DNA from: Candidatus Zambryskibacteria bacterium RIFCSPHIGHO2_01_FULL_46_25
GTDB taxonomy: Bacteria > Patescibacteriota > Minisyncoccia > Phycocordibacterales > Zambryskibacteraceae
DNA: 64,000 nt
Reading direction: 5' to 3'
Assembly: GCA_001825155.1 (NCBI GenBank)
Contig: MHVH01000006.1
Span: 4,939 to 68,938, forward strand
Both the position numbers and the translations under genes were made by a program. Positions 9,845-19,992 of the stretch are shown in pieces. The notes under the pieces were generated by a model. That model was given only the letters and a program-made list of their open reading frames with translations. It was not told the DNA's origin and ran no database searches. How positions within the stretch are numbered: the stretch's first letter is position 1; each line of letters begins with the position of its first letter.

Positions 9845-10872
9845 CAAGTAAGAAACCCGTGGTAAAAAACAGCATCGAAGAAGCCACCGCACCGTCACAT
9901 CTCGATAGAGAGCTTCGTCCATCACGCTGGGAGGACTATATCGGCCAGAAATCGGTCAAAGAAAACCTTAATATCCTGATAAGGGCGGCAAGCGAGCGCG
10001 GCGTGCCGCCGGAACACGTTCTTTTCTATGGTCCCCCCGGCCTGGGCAAGACTACACTCGCCCACCTGGTGGCGAAGGAAACCGGACGCAACCTTAAAAT
10101 CACCTCTGGCCCGGCAATAGAGAGAGTTGGAGACTTGGCATCAATTCTTACGAACCTCGCCGCCGGCGATATCCTCTTTATCGACGAGATCCACCGCCTG
10201 AATAAGACGATTGAGGAAGTCCTTTACCCCGCCATGGAATCCGGCGTACTCGACATCATCATTGGCAAAGGCCCTTCGGCCCGCACCATCCAGCTCGAGC
10301 TGCCCGCCTTTACTCTCCTTGCGGCCACAACGCGCGTCGCCATGATTTCTTCGCCCCTGCGCAGCCGCTTTTCCGGCGGCGTCTTCCGACTCGACTTCTA
10401 TACGGAAGATGAAATTGAGGAGATTCTTCGCCGCTCGGCAAGAATCATAGGCGTTGATATGGAAAAGGGCGCGGAAAAAGAAATCGCCAAGCGAAGCCGG
10501 TTTACTCCGCGCACCGCAAACTACTTCCTCAAGCGAGCGCGCGACTTCGCCCAAGTAGAAGGAGGAAAGTTGGATGCCGAGACTGTAATGAAGTCTTTGA
10601 AGCTCCTCGGCATCGACGATAAGGGCTTGTCCCCGTCCGACAGGCAACTTCTTCTCGTCATGGCGGATAAATTCGGCGGCGGGCCGGTGGGGCTCGGCAC
10701 CTTGGCGGCCGCGCTCTCGGAAGAAGAAGCAACCATTGAGGAGTTCAACGAGCCGTATCTTCTCCAACTAGGCCTCATCGAACGCACTACGCGCGGCCGC
10801 GCGCTCACGGCGCACGCCTACGAGCATTTAGGCAAAACTCCTCCTAAAAATTTGCAGAAAAAACTGCTATGA
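9841..10872 (+). CDS. ruvB: Holliday junction DNA helicase RuvB
   Basis: LRP..W.DYIGQ, GPPGLGKTTLA, FIDEIHRL, LYPAME. Confidence 0.97.
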   Translation: MSSKKPVVKNSIEEATAPSHLDRELRPSRWEDYIGQKSVKENLNILIRAASERGVPPEHVLFYGPPGLGKTTLAHLVAKETGRNLKITSGPAIERVGDLASILTNLAAGDILFIDEIHRLNKTIEEVLYPAMESGVLDIIIGKGPSARTIQLELPAFTLLAATTRVAMISSPLRSRFSGGVFRLDFYTEDEIEEILRRSARIIGVDMEKGAEKEIAKRSRFTPRTANYFLKRARDFAQVEGGKLDAETVMKSLKLLGIDDKGLSPSDRQLLLVMADKFGGGPVGLGTLAAALSEEEATIEEFNEPYLLQLGLIERTTRGRALTAHAYEHLGKTPPKNLQKKLL

Positions 10873-11399
10873 GTGGCCACAACAAATGGTCGAAAATTAA
10901 GAGGCAGAAGGCCGGTACAGATGCGGCCAAGTCGAAAATTTTTTCAAAAATGGCGCGGCTCATTTCTACCGCGTCCCGGCAAGTGAAGGGTGATGTAAAT
11001 TCTCCAATTCTAAGAACCGCCATAGATAAAGCGCGCGAGTTCAATATGCCAGCGGACAATATCGAGCGCGCGGTCAAGAAAGGTTCGAGTGCGACTATGG
11101 AAGCACTCGAAAATATTACGTACGAAGCATATGGACCGGGTGGCTCAGCTTTAATTATTGAGGCGCTAACTTCTAACCACAACAAAGCGGCACAGGAAGT
11201 GAAATTTATTTTATCCAAACACGGGTTCTCTCTCGCGGCGCCCCACGCCGCGAGCTGGGCCTTCACTCGCGAGCACCATGAATGGAAGCCAAACACGACC
11301 ATTCCCCTCTCGCCAGAAGACGAAAAAATTTTGGAAAACTTAATAGAAGAACTCGAAGAAAATGACGAAGTCCAGGAAGTTTATACCAATGCGGAGTAA
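10869..11399 (+). CDS. yebC: YebC/PmpR family protein (short form)
   Basis: MSGHNKWSKIKRQK, YEAYGPGG, DEVQEVYTN. Confidence 0.93.
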   Translation: MSGHNKWSKIKRQKAGTDAAKSKIFSKMARLISTASRQVKGDVNSPILRTAIDKAREFNMPADNIERAVKKGSSATMEALENITYEAYGPGGSALIIEALTSNHNKAAQEVKFILSKHGFSLAAPHAASWAFTREHHEWKPNTTIPLSPEDEKILENLIEELEENDEVQEVYTNAE

Positions 11400-11868
11400 A
11401 AGAGTTCTCGCTATAGACCCCGGTTTCGACCGCTTGGGGTTGGCGATTTTGGAGAGAAACACTCTTTTGCATTCAGAGTGCATTGTGACAAAGCCAAAAG
11501 ATTCCCATGACAAGCGGCTTTTGGTGATCGGCGAGAAGTTGCGTGAGACTATCGAAAAGTGGCAGCCCAAGGAACTTGCCATAGAGACCCTCTTCTTCAA
11601 TCAAAATACGACAAGTGCCCTAAAGGTCGCGGAAGCCCGTGGAGTGGCCCTGTACGAGGCTGCGCGGGCCGGACTTTCGGTATTTGAGTATTCACCCCAA
11701 GCAATAAAAATTGCCGTCACAGGCTACGGTAAGGCCGATAAAATCCAGGTGGGCATGATGGTCAAGAGATTGGTTCAATTACCGTTAAAAGACAGGAAGA
11801 TGCTCGATGATGAGCTCGACGCCATTGCACTGGGGATTACTCACCTTGCCACAAGAAGGAGTATCTGA
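11389..11868 (+). CDS. ruvC: Holliday junction resolvase RuvC
   Basis: LAIDPG, AIETLFF, EARGV, GYGKADK.QV, DAIALG. Confidence 0.95.
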   Translation: MRSKRVLAIDPGFDRLGLAILERNTLLHSECIVTKPKDSHDKRLLVIGEKLRETIEKWQPKELAIETLFFNQNTTSALKVAEARGVALYEAARAGLSVFEYSPQAIKIAVTGYGKADKIQVGMMVKRLVQLPLKDRKMLDDELDAIALGITHLATRRSI

Positions 11869-11909
11869 TAAAAATATTAGCATTCGATTAAAAATAACCT
11901 GAGCCAAAC

Positions 11910-12086
11910 ATGGACGACGAAGTTTTAAAAGATGAGCCGGAAGAGATCGAGGACGAACCGCCTGTCGACGATGATCTCGAAGTGAAAAAAAAGATTCCCT
12001 CGGAAGAAGAGGAGGTCGAAAGCATTGACGAACTTGAAGAGCTTGAGGACGTGGAAGAGCCCTTCGATGATGTGAACCCAATCTAA
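11910..12086 (+). CDS. Small, extremely acidic protein (58 aa), below the ORF-track cutoff
   Basis: Hand translation MDDEVLKDEPEEIEDEPPVDDDLEVKKKIPSEEEEVESIDELEELEDVEEPFDDVNPI*; fills the ruvC-tyrS gap. Confidence 0.7.
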   Translation: MDDEVLKDEPEEIEDEPPVDDDLEVKKKIPSEEEEVESIDELEELEDVEEPFDDVNPI

Positions 12087-13213
12087 TCACTTCTCACTAT
12101 TTTGAGGAAACGGTGTTTGCCCACTCGGTAAACGCCGCTTTCTATTTCTTCTATCGCGCCGTCCTTATTTAGCCGGTTGAATTCGGTTTTGGAAGAAACG
12201 AGTCCTTCCTTAAGAAGAATTTCCACCAACGGCTCATCCTGTTGAGCCGTTACCGTTTTGACATCTTTGGGCATACCCCCCCTCGAGAAGGTTTCTGTAA
12301 AATTCTCCTGCGCCTTCTTTGCGGTCTCTTCTCCGTGATAAATTTTGGTAATTTCAAAAGCTAGCCGTATTTTGGCTTCTTTGGGATGCCCTGCCATAAT
12401 CTTCTTGATTTCTTTAATAGATACGCGCGTGCAAACTTCAAAGTAATTTTGAACTTGGCCATCCACCATACTCATGATTTTCCCGAACATTTCATTTGGC
12501 TCATCGCTAAAATTGATGGTATTGCCCCAGCTTGAGCTCATTTTGCGACCATCAAGACCTAAGACCGGGAAGGTTGTCATTACTATGGCTTGTGGTTCTT
12601 GTTTGAAATGTTCTTGGAGCGCGCGACCGGAAAGAAGGTTGAATCTCTGGTCAACTCCTCCCAACTCGACATCTGAGTTCACCGCCACGCTATCGTAGCC
12701 CTGCATCAAGGGATAGAGCATCTCTCGCAAAGATACTCTCTTCCCGTCATCCAACCTTCGCTTGATATTATCGCGAGCAATAAAGTCCGCGACAGAAAAT
12801 TGGTCCGCGTGTTCTCCGATTTCTCGATATGTCAAAGGCTCAAGCCATTCCGAGTTATATCTTAGTTCCGCCTTGTCCAAATCAATAAGCTTGCCGATTT
12901 GCGCAAAGTAATCTTTTTTATTTTTTTCAACCGCTTCGCGCGAAAGCATCGGTCGTTCGCTATCCTTATCCGAAGTATCGCCAATAACCCCGGTAAAATC
13001 TCCAACAATCAAAACAGCCTGGTGACCAAGATTTTGAAAATCTCTCATCTTTAAAATCGGAACGGAACGTCCCAAGTGAAGATTGGGGCTTGTCGGGTCA
13101 ATACCAAGTTTTATGCGAAGTTTCTTGCCTGAAGCGAGCTTCTTCGTCAGATTTTCTTTATCAATAACTTCAGCCACCCCTCTTGAAAGAAGCTCTTCTA
13201 CGTCTTTATCCAT
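12083..13213 (-). CDS. tyrS: Tyrosine--tRNA ligase
   Basis: GIDPTSPNLHLG (HIGH-like), YPLMQGYD, GGVDQ, KMSSS. Confidence 0.96.
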   Translation of the reverse strand: MDKDVEELLSRGVAEVIDKENLTKKLASGKKLRIKLGIDPTSPNLHLGRSVPILKMRDFQNLGHQAVLIVGDFTGVIGDTSDKDSERPMLSREAVEKNKKDYFAQIGKLIDLDKAELRYNSEWLEPLTYREIGEHADQFSVADFIARDNIKRRLDDGKRVSLREMLYPLMQGYDSVAVNSDVELGGVDQRFNLLSGRALQEHFKQEPQAIVMTTFPVLGLDGRKMSSSWGNTINFSDEPNEMFGKIMSMVDGQVQNYFEVCTRVSIKEIKKIMAGHPKEAKIRLAFEITKIYHGEETAKKAQENFTETFSRGGMPKDVKTVTAQQDEPLVEILLKEGLVSSKTEFNRLNKDGAIEEIESGVYRVGKHRFLKIVRSD

Positions 13214-13249
13214 AAAGATATCTTAACATATGTTAAAATTAGGTTTCCT

Positions 13250-15388
13250 ATGAAAGATTTCTGGCGAAAAGCCCGTAATTCAAACCACTTTATAGCTCTG
13301 GGCGCGGTAATCCTCCTTATCGGTGGGCTCTTCATCCTATGGGTGGCCTCGCTCAGAATTCCCGCCCTTGAGAGTATATCCGAGAGACGTATAGACCAAT
13401 CAACCAAGATTTATGACCGCACGGGGGAAATCCTCCTCTACGACATGAGCAAAGACGTGCGGCGCGAGGCTGTGCCTTTCGAAGATATTTCTCCTTACGC
13501 CAAGGCCGCCACCATCGCCATCGAGGACAAAGACTTTTATTCTCACAACGGCTTTGTATTAAGCTCATTCATCCGGGCGGTGGTCGTGAACCTAACTTCC
13601 CTATCATTCAGTCAAGGCGGCTCGACCATTACCCAGCAAGTGGTCAAGAATTCCATTCTTACTAAGGACAAAACCCCGACAAGGAAGCTAAAAGAGCTTA
13701 TCCTCGCTCTCAAGCTTGAAAAGGTGCTGACTAAGGACGAGATTCTCTCCCTTTATCTAAATGAGATTCCTTACGGAGGCACGATTTACGGCATCGAGGA
13801 GGCATCACGAAGTTTTTTCGGCAAAAGCTCCTATGACCTTACCCTCGCGGAAGCGGCCTATCTCGCGGCGCTTCTCAAAGCCCCGACATATTATTCTCCA
13901 TATGGTTCTCATAAAGAGGAGCTAGAAGCGAGGAAGAACCAGGTCCTCTCCGAGATGTATAAGAATGAATTTATCACGGAAGATGAGCGTGACGCCGCCC
14001 TTGCGACAACAGTCGAATTTAAGGAGAGAAAAAATACCGCCAACATCAGAGCGGCGCACTTCGTATTTTTTGTCATTGAACACTTAACAAAGAAGTACGG
14101 CGAGAACACACTTACAAATAGCGGCTACAAAATTGTCACCACCCTCGACTACAAGATCCAAGAGGAAGCGGAAAGGTTGGCCAAGGAATACGGCGAACTT
14201 AACCAGGGAAAGTTCGACGCGGACAACAACGCCATTGTTGTCATGGACCCAAAAACCGGCGAGATCCTCGCCATGACTGGTTCCCGGGACTACTTCGATG
14301 ACGTGATGGACGGAAACTTCAACGCTGCCACGGGTTTCAGACAGCCTGGGTCTACCTTTAAACCATTTGTTTACTCCGTTCTTCTCAATAGGGGGTTTAC
14401 GGCGGAGACAATCCTTTGGGACGTGCAAACTCAATTCACGCCCTCTTGCGCGCCGGACAACTTCATTACGGATGATATTTGTTATTCTCCGGGAAACTAT
14501 GACGATAAGTTTAGAGGGCCAATGACTATAAGAAACGCCCTCGCCCAATCAATCAACGTTCCAGCGGTGGAAGCAAGTTATCTCGCGGGCGTCAGGAACT
14601 CGGTCAAGCTCGCTGGAGACATGGGTATTAAAAGTCTGACGAATGTATCGGATTATGGCTTGTCTCTTGTCCTTGGAGGAGGCTCCGTCTCCCTTCTTGA
14701 TATGGTCACGGCTTATTCCGCGTTTGCCAACGATGGGCTGGGCAATCCTTACACCTCAGTACTGTGGATAGAAGATGACAACGGTAATATTATAGATAGA
14801 TACTCTCTCTTCCCCACAAGAGTGTTGCCGGAAGAAACCGCCCGCACAATCTCCAGCATCCTCTCCGATAATGTGGCGCGCACGCCAGGCTATGGCACCA
14901 ATTCCCCTCTATACATCCCCTACCGCGATGTGGCAGTAAAAACCGGTACATCGGATGACTACCGCGATGCCTGGATAATCGGCTACGCTCCGAATCTGAC
15001 CATAGGCGCGTGGGTAGGCAACAACGACAACTCACCCATGGAAAAGAAGGTGGCTGGATTAATCGTTTCGCCACTCTGGAGAGACCTTATGGATAAGGTA
15101 CTTCCGAACTTCCCGGAGGAATCGTTTATCGACCCCCAGCCGGTTGACCCGTCAGAATTGAAACCGGTATTGCGTGGTGAGGTGGGGGCGGAACCGCACT
15201 CAATCCTTCATTGGGTAAGCAAAGACAATCCCCGAGGTCCAGTCCCCTCCAATCCCTCTAGCGACCCGCAGTATTCACACTGGGAATACGCGGTTAGAAA
15301 CTGGGTAAACGCCACTGGCTACGGCATGCCAGCGACTGAGCCCAACCCAGAGCTTCTCGTCCCACTCCCCGTACCAGCAGGATTCTAA
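13250..15388 (+). CDS. Class A penicillin-binding protein (transglycosylase-transpeptidase)
   Basis: EDKDFY.H.G, GGSTITQQ, RKLKE, PGSTFKP (SxxK), SIN, KTGT. Confidence 0.95.
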   Translation: MKDFWRKARNSNHFIALGAVILLIGGLFILWVASLRIPALESISERRIDQSTKIYDRTGEILLYDMSKDVRREAVPFEDISPYAKAATIAIEDKDFYSHNGFVLSSFIRAVVVNLTSLSFSQGGSTITQQVVKNSILTKDKTPTRKLKELILALKLEKVLTKDEILSLYLNEIPYGGTIYGIEEASRSFFGKSSYDLTLAEAAYLAALLKAPTYYSPYGSHKEELEARKNQVLSEMYKNEFITEDERDAALATTVEFKERKNTANIRAAHFVFFVIEHLTKKYGENTLTNSGYKIVTTLDYKIQEEAERLAKEYGELNQGKFDADNNAIVVMDPKTGEILAMTGSRDYFDDVMDGNFNAATGFRQPGSTFKPFVYSVLLNRGFTAETILWDVQTQFTPSCAPDNFITDDICYSPGNYDDKFRGPMTIRNALAQSINVPAVEASYLAGVRNSVKLAGDMGIKSLTNVSDYGLSLVLGGGSVSLLDMVTAYSAFANDGLGNPYTSVLWIEDDNGNIIDRYSLFPTRVLPEETARTISSILSDNVARTPGYGTNSPLYIPYRDVAVKTGTSDDYRDAWIIGYAPNLTIGAWVGNNDNSPMEKKVAGLIVSPLWRDLMDKVLPNFPEESFIDPQPVDPSELKPVLRGEVGAEPHSILHWVSKDNPRGPVPSNPSSDPQYSHWEYAVRNWVNATGYGMPATEPNPELLVPLPVPAGF

Positions 15389-15398
15389 AGACACCTAA

Positions 15399-15641
15399 TC
15401 AGAGGAGTTTCTTAATCGTTTGTTCGTTTATACCTGCCCGCCTTACAAATTCCCTTTTCTTTGAAATTTGACTGGTGGAAGTAAGCATCACAAGAACAGA
15501 ATCTATTTTAGGATTTTTATTAAGTACAACAAAATAGCGATTCTTAGATTGTCGACCATCCCCACTAACCTCTAATTTAAAATTAAAAACAGAACCCTGT
15601 TCTATAGTTAAGGGGATTCTGATTTTTGGAGGTATTTCCAT
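15399..15641 (-). CDS. Putative PemK/MazF-like toxin, apparently C-terminally truncated
   Basis: Directly downstream of a Panacea antitoxin; 'GSVF...KNRYFVVL...LVMLTSTSQ' resembles a PemK N-half; only about 80 aa. Confidence 0.5.
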   Translation of the reverse strand: MEIPPKIRIPLTIEQGSVFNFKLEVSGDGRQSKNRYFVVLNKNPKIDSVLVMLTSTSQISKKREFVRRAGINEQTIKKLL

Positions 15642-15654
15642 CACCCAAGGAAGC

Positions 15655-16257
15655 TTACCCGGCAAAAAATGCTGACACCTCCTCTAGTTCATTAAAGGAC
15701 TCTTTCGCGAGTGCTAAATTTATTTTTTTCTGTCCAAACACAGGATCTGTTTTGCCAGCTTCTGCAAAAAAATCCCTATAATTCATCTCGACTCTTTTTT
15801 TCCCAGACTCCAATTCTTTTTTATGTTTTTTCCACTCCGGATATTGGTGAGTTAATGTGGCCAACTCAAATTGGTCTTTGTCGCCAAAATTTTTGTAAAT
15901 AATTTCTAAACACTCTAAGTCTGTCTTAGAAAATAATTCAAGATCTGCTGGCTTTAGAGAAACAAAAAATTGCTTCTTTTCATCTCCCGGTCGGATATAT
16001 TTTTTTGTGTATGACAAAAGTTCAGTTGGCAGATCAAGTTCTGCCGCTCTTTTTGTTCGCGAACCTACAGGTCCTAGTTTCATAGCCCAATATAGATCGC
16101 CTACAATCGGACGCCCATATTTGCGTAGATGCAATTTGTCAGCAAGATAGATAAGCTTGATAGCTTTCATCTTATTGATTTGGCCGTCCTTCTTCTGGGC
16201 TAGAAAATTGAGTGCTTGGGTTGCCTTCTTATAGCTTGTTTCAGGTAAGGTTGCCAT
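15655..16257 (-). CDS. Panacea (DUF4065/SocA-like) antitoxin
   Basis: KAIKLIYLAD..H...YGRPI.GD.Y.AM..GPV; L..LTHQYPEWK. Confidence 0.85.
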   Translation of the reverse strand: MATLPETSYKKATQALNFLAQKKDGQINKMKAIKLIYLADKLHLRKYGRPIVGDLYWAMKLGPVGSRTKRAAELDLPTELLSYTKKYIRPGDEKKQFFVSLKPADLELFSKTDLECLEIIYKNFGDKDQFELATLTHQYPEWKKHKKELESGKKRVEMNYRDFFAEAGKTDPVFGQKKINLALAKESFNELEEVSAFFAG

Positions 16258-16344
16258 GTTTGTATGATATCAAAACTATCTATTCTTTAAAAGACTCAGT
16301 TTATGGCTAATTTAAAGGAACGATCGAAAAGGTCAAAAATTAGC

Positions 16345-16373
16345 TTGACAAGTTAAGAGCTTTATGCTAAGAT
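16345..16373 (+). promoter_or_regulatory. Sigma70-type promoter
   Basis: TTGACA-17 nt-TAAGAT with TG extension. Confidence 0.7.
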
Positions 16374-16446
16374 AGATAAAGGTCAAATTCCTGTATGTAT
16401 GTACAGGTCGCCCGAGAAGGGTAGGATGGAAAAAAGGATGTGATGT

Positions 16447-16764
16447 ATGTCACAGCACGAGTTTACGATCACAGACGGTCCTTGCAAACAGAATCTTCTC
16501 ACCGCCTTCGGCAACGCTTACGGGGGTAAAAAAAGCGATGAGATTGATACTGTTTACTTCCATTTCTTCATCCGCCAGACGCTAGGCGAGAACAAGGCAA
16601 TGATTCATACCAGAATTTTCACTCTCCAACATATCGCCCCGGGCTCAGGAGATAGTTGGAAATTCACCGGTATCGCAGAAATGCCGAGCGGTTACTACGA
16701 GCGCATCACTGGTCGCTACAACACTCACGACCGCACCGGCAACTTTTCTATCAATCCGAGATGA
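16447..16764 (+). CDS. Hypothetical protein, stand-alone transcription unit
   Basis: 105-aa ORF with its own promoter, AAGGA SD-like sequence and terminator. Confidence 0.65.
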   Translation: MSQHEFTITDGPCKQNLLTAFGNAYGGKKSDEIDTVYFHFFIRQTLGENKAMIHTRIFTLQHIAPGSGDSWKFTGIAEMPSGYYERITGRYNTHDRTGNFSINPR

Positions 16765-16782
16765 CCACAAAGCTCCACACTG

Positions 16783-16823
16783 AAAAGCTCCACAGCTTAC
16801 ACAGTGTGGAGCTTTTCTTTTTT
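16783..16823 (+). terminator. Rho-independent terminator
   Basis: AAAAGCTCCACA..TGTGGAGCTTTT followed by a T-run. Confidence 0.8.
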
Positions 16824-16843
16824 GAGCAACTCAATAAACCAAA

Positions 16844-17104
16844 TTATTTATAAAGTACGCGGGAGATATTAATTTTATAAACTTCCCTGAGTTTTGTTTT
16901 TATAATTTCTTCTTTCAGTCTTATTTCATTTTTTGCCGGCGCGGAGGCGGAAATTTCGAGCACACCATTTTTGAGATAAATATTTTCCGGATCTAAATTT
17001 ACTTTAGCTAGATTAAAAACGGTTTCTGCGATATTTTCTTTGACCGCCGATCCTTTATTGAGAATTTTGGCAAATCTTTCGAGAAGAGAAGACAGATTGC
17101 GCAT
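16844..17104 (-). CDS. DciA/DUF721-like protein
   Basis: Downstream of dnaN; 'LKNGVLEISASAPAKNEIRLKEEII..KL' fits the KH-like DUF721 pattern. Confidence 0.6.
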   Translation of the reverse strand: MRNLSSLLERFAKILNKGSAVKENIAETVFNLAKVNLDPENIYLKNGVLEISASAPAKNEIRLKEEIIKTKLREVYKINISRVLYK

Positions 17105-17107
17105 ATT

Positions 17108-18211
17108 CTATGCCTGGTTCATTGGCATGACTAGGTAAAGAAAACTCTGGTCCCCCACTCCGCGAATAACAATCGGTTTCGCCTGGCCGGAGAAACTTAG
17201 AGACAGGCTGTCTGTCATTACGGACTGGAAACAGTCAGTAAAATACCGGTGATTAACATTGATGGAAATATCTTCTCCCTCAAGAACAGCCTCAAGACTC
17301 TGGATACTTTCTCCAACAGTGGAGTTTTTCGACTCAATTTCAAACTTCTTTTCTTTTGGCACGAGTCTTAGAATGAGTTGATTCATCGAGTCTGAGAATA
17401 TTAAGCTTGTCTTTAGAGAGGCAATGAGGTCTTGCTTGAGCGTTACCGCCGTAGTTTTTGATTCCTTAGGAATAATCTGACGATAATCCGGAAAGTTGCC
17501 GTCAATAATGCGTGAAGTTATATAGACCCCATTTGATCGCAGAGCCATCTGATGTTCTTCTATGGAAATAGATACCTCCTCATCCCCTCGGTCGAATATT
17601 TTAACAATTTCCAAAGCGTTTTTCTGTGGAACAAGAATTTGCTTGAAGTGTGGGGCTTTCTTTATTTTTATTTTTTTCTCAGCAAGCCGGAATGAGTCCG
17701 TGGCGGCAAAAACTAAAAACTCTCCTTCGTGAGTGATGGATATGGAAGAGAGCTCTGGCTTAATACTTCCTACGGCCGCGGCATAAATAACAGATCTAAT
17801 TCCAAAAACGAAGTCCCGGGCCGGCATGGAGAAAGCTCCGTCATTACCGATCTCCGGAATTATAGGAAATTCTTCACTCGGAAGAGTATTGATACTTGTT
17901 TTGGTCGTCTTTGTTTTTATATCCAAAACCTGATTTTTCGTCTGGAGGGTAATGTTGCGATCGGAAACAAGAGAAGACACAAAAGAAGAGATGATATGGG
18001 CAGGCACCACGACTATTCCTGGTTCTATAACCTTAACAGGAATACTTACCGATATTCCCAAATCAAGATTGGTAGCCTTAACAATAAGAAGATTATCTCT
18101 AGCATCCAAATAAAAACCAGAGAGTACTGGTAGATTTTGATTCTTACCGGCAATCTTATCCGCCTTGTTGAATGCTTCCTCAAGTTGTCCTTTAATAGCT
18201 TCTATTTTCAT
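17108..18211 (-). CDS. dnaN: DNA polymerase III beta clamp
   Basis: ATNLD, ATDSFRLA, GNFPDYRQIIP, YLVMPM. Confidence 0.97.
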   Translation of the reverse strand: MKIEAIKGQLEEAFNKADKIAGKNQNLPVLSGFYLDARDNLLIVKATNLDLGISVSIPVKVIEPGIVVVPAHIISSFVSSLVSDRNITLQTKNQVLDIKTKTTKTSINTLPSEEFPIIPEIGNDGAFSMPARDFVFGIRSVIYAAAVGSIKPELSSISITHEGEFLVFAATDSFRLAEKKIKIKKAPHFKQILVPQKNALEIVKIFDRGDEEVSISIEEHQMALRSNGVYITSRIIDGNFPDYRQIIPKESKTTAVTLKQDLIASLKTSLIFSDSMNQLILRLVPKEKKFEIESKNSTVGESIQSLEAVLEGEDISINVNHRYFTDCFQSVMTDSLSLSFSGQAKPIVIRGVGDQSFLYLVMPMNQA

Positions 18212-18412
18212 ATATAAAATTTATTACTATTATTAGGGGTGTGTATACCGTGGATTATAAATAATACTTGAAAACAAAGGGTTTTTTGACCATACTGCCT
18301 GATTTGTTGGTGGATAGTGTCTTACAATTATACCCATAATTTCAACACCTCCTTTTTTATCCCCAACCCCAACCATCTTATTAACATTATTTGCACTATA
18401 TTTCCACATCTT
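18212..18412. other. Replication origin oriC (dnaA-dnaN intergenic)
   Basis: Degenerate DnaA boxes (TTATACCCA 18328, TTATCCCCA 18357); on the minus strand tandem boxes TAATCCACG/GTATACACA, then CCCC, NTA trinucleotide repeats (DnaA-trio-like) and an AT-rich stretch. Confidence 0.75.
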
Positions 18413-19759
18413 CTACACAGTGATTAAGTTCCTGATTTGGCCAACCTCATCAACCAATGTTTGGTCAAGTTTGATGTCATTTTTTATTTTTTCGCATGAA
18501 TGGATGACTGTGGTGTGGTCCCTACCACCAAGCTTCTGCCCTATCGAGGGGTAAGATATATTGAAGTCCTCTCTCAAGATGTACATAATTATTTGTCTGG
18601 GGCGTATTACCTCCTTGTGGCGGGTCTTCTCATAAATACTCTCCTCTTTAATATTGTAGAAATCGGAAATAATTCTTACCACATCTTTTACCGCCACAAT
18701 CCTCTTGGGTTTTATGTTGTTTTTGATATAGTTTCTAACATCCGTCATAGAAATCTCCTTTCCCTTAAGTTCAAACTGGCACAAAAGGGAGTTGACCGCG
18801 CCCTCAAGCTCGCGGATATTGCCGTTAATGGAGTGGGCCAGGTAATCGATTATCTCAGGCGAGAGGGCTACTCCCTGCTGGACGGACTTTGCCGCTATAA
18901 TGGCGATTCTGGACTCTTTGTCAGGGGGAGGGATGTCGACAATCATGCCGGCGCTTAGGCGGGATTTGAGCCGGTCTTCAAGCCCGGTAATGAAATGTGG
19001 ATGTTTGTCGGATGAGAAGATGATTTGTCGGTTGTTGTCGTAAAGGGTGTTGAAGAGGTGAAAAAGCTCTTCCTGGAACTTCTGCTTATCGGAGAAAAAC
19101 TGGATGTCATCTACTATCAAAACGTCATATTTCCTGTATTTTTCCTTGAAAACATTCATTTTCTGGTGCTGAAGGGCGTTCATGCAGTCCTGACCGAATT
19201 GTTCCGAGGTCATATAATAAACCTTTTTGCCCGGGGACGTGGCCTTGATGTGGTTGCCGATAGCTTGGATCAAGTGAGTCTTGCCGTGGCCGGTAGATCC
19301 GTATATAAAGAGCGGGTTATACATGATCCCGGGCTTCTTGATGACCGCCTGGGCTGCCGCGTGCGCCAGTTCATTAAACGGTCCGATAACGAATGATTCG
19401 AAAGTGTATCTGGGGTTGAGGTTATCGTCCTTATTGACCTCGACCTCGGGCAAGGGCAGTTCGCGGGTATTAGTTTCCCTTCCGGGCCTCTCTTCTCTGC
19501 GGCGGGTTTCCTCCTTATTAACCACATACTCTATGGCGTGGACGGAGCTCTCGAGGTTCCTCAAACTTCTTAAGATTGTGTTATGGTACTTTGTCAGAAG
19601 CCACTCTTTGACAAAAGCATTGGGCACCGAGAGAACCACCACCCCACCCTCTTCTTTGACTATTCTTGTATCCTTAAACCAGGTGGTGAAGTTGGCGCTG
19701 GATATTCCCAATTCCATCTCGATAAGTACCTTCTGCCAGAGCTGTTTGTAGTCTGTCAT
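18413..19759 (-). CDS. dnaA: Chromosomal replication initiator DnaA
   Basis: LNPRYTFESFV.G..N, YNPLFIYG.TGHGKTHL, DDIQF, GGRDHTTVIH. Confidence 0.98.
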   Translation of the reverse strand: MTDYKQLWQKVLIEMELGISSANFTTWFKDTRIVKEEGGVVVLSVPNAFVKEWLLTKYHNTILRSLRNLESSVHAIEYVVNKEETRRREERPGRETNTRELPLPEVEVNKDDNLNPRYTFESFVIGPFNELAHAAAQAVIKKPGIMYNPLFIYGSTGHGKTHLIQAIGNHIKATSPGKKVYYMTSEQFGQDCMNALQHQKMNVFKEKYRKYDVLIVDDIQFFSDKQKFQEELFHLFNTLYDNNRQIIFSSDKHPHFITGLEDRLKSRLSAGMIVDIPPPDKESRIAIIAAKSVQQGVALSPEIIDYLAHSINGNIRELEGAVNSLLCQFELKGKEISMTDVRNYIKNNIKPKRIVAVKDVVRIISDFYNIKEESIYEKTRHKEVIRPRQIIMYILREDFNISYPSIGQKLGGRDHTTVIHSCEKIKNDIKLDQTLVDEVGQIRNLITV

Positions 19760-19856
19760 GATTTTTGTTGCTACAGTATAGCTTTTAAGCTACTGAGAAG
19801 AACTTGTGAAGAGGCAAAAAAATGTTTATAATATGTGAATAAACTGTTAAGAGAAA

Positions 19857-19991
19857 ATGTCCAGAACATACAATCCAAAAAAGCGCAAGCGGGCTAAGGC
19901 TCACGGCTTCCTTTCGCGAAGCAAAACATCTACCGGCAAGCGCACCATACGCAACAGGCGCAGAAAAGGACGGGCGCGCCTAGCTGTTTAG
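19857..19991 (+). CDS. rpmH: 50S ribosomal protein L34 (44 aa, not in ORF track)
   Basis: Hand translation [44 protein letters not shown]; canonical position. Confidence 0.95.
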   Translation: MSRTYNPKKRKRAKAHGFLSRSKTSTGKRTIRNRRRKGRARLAV

Positions 19992-19992
19992 T

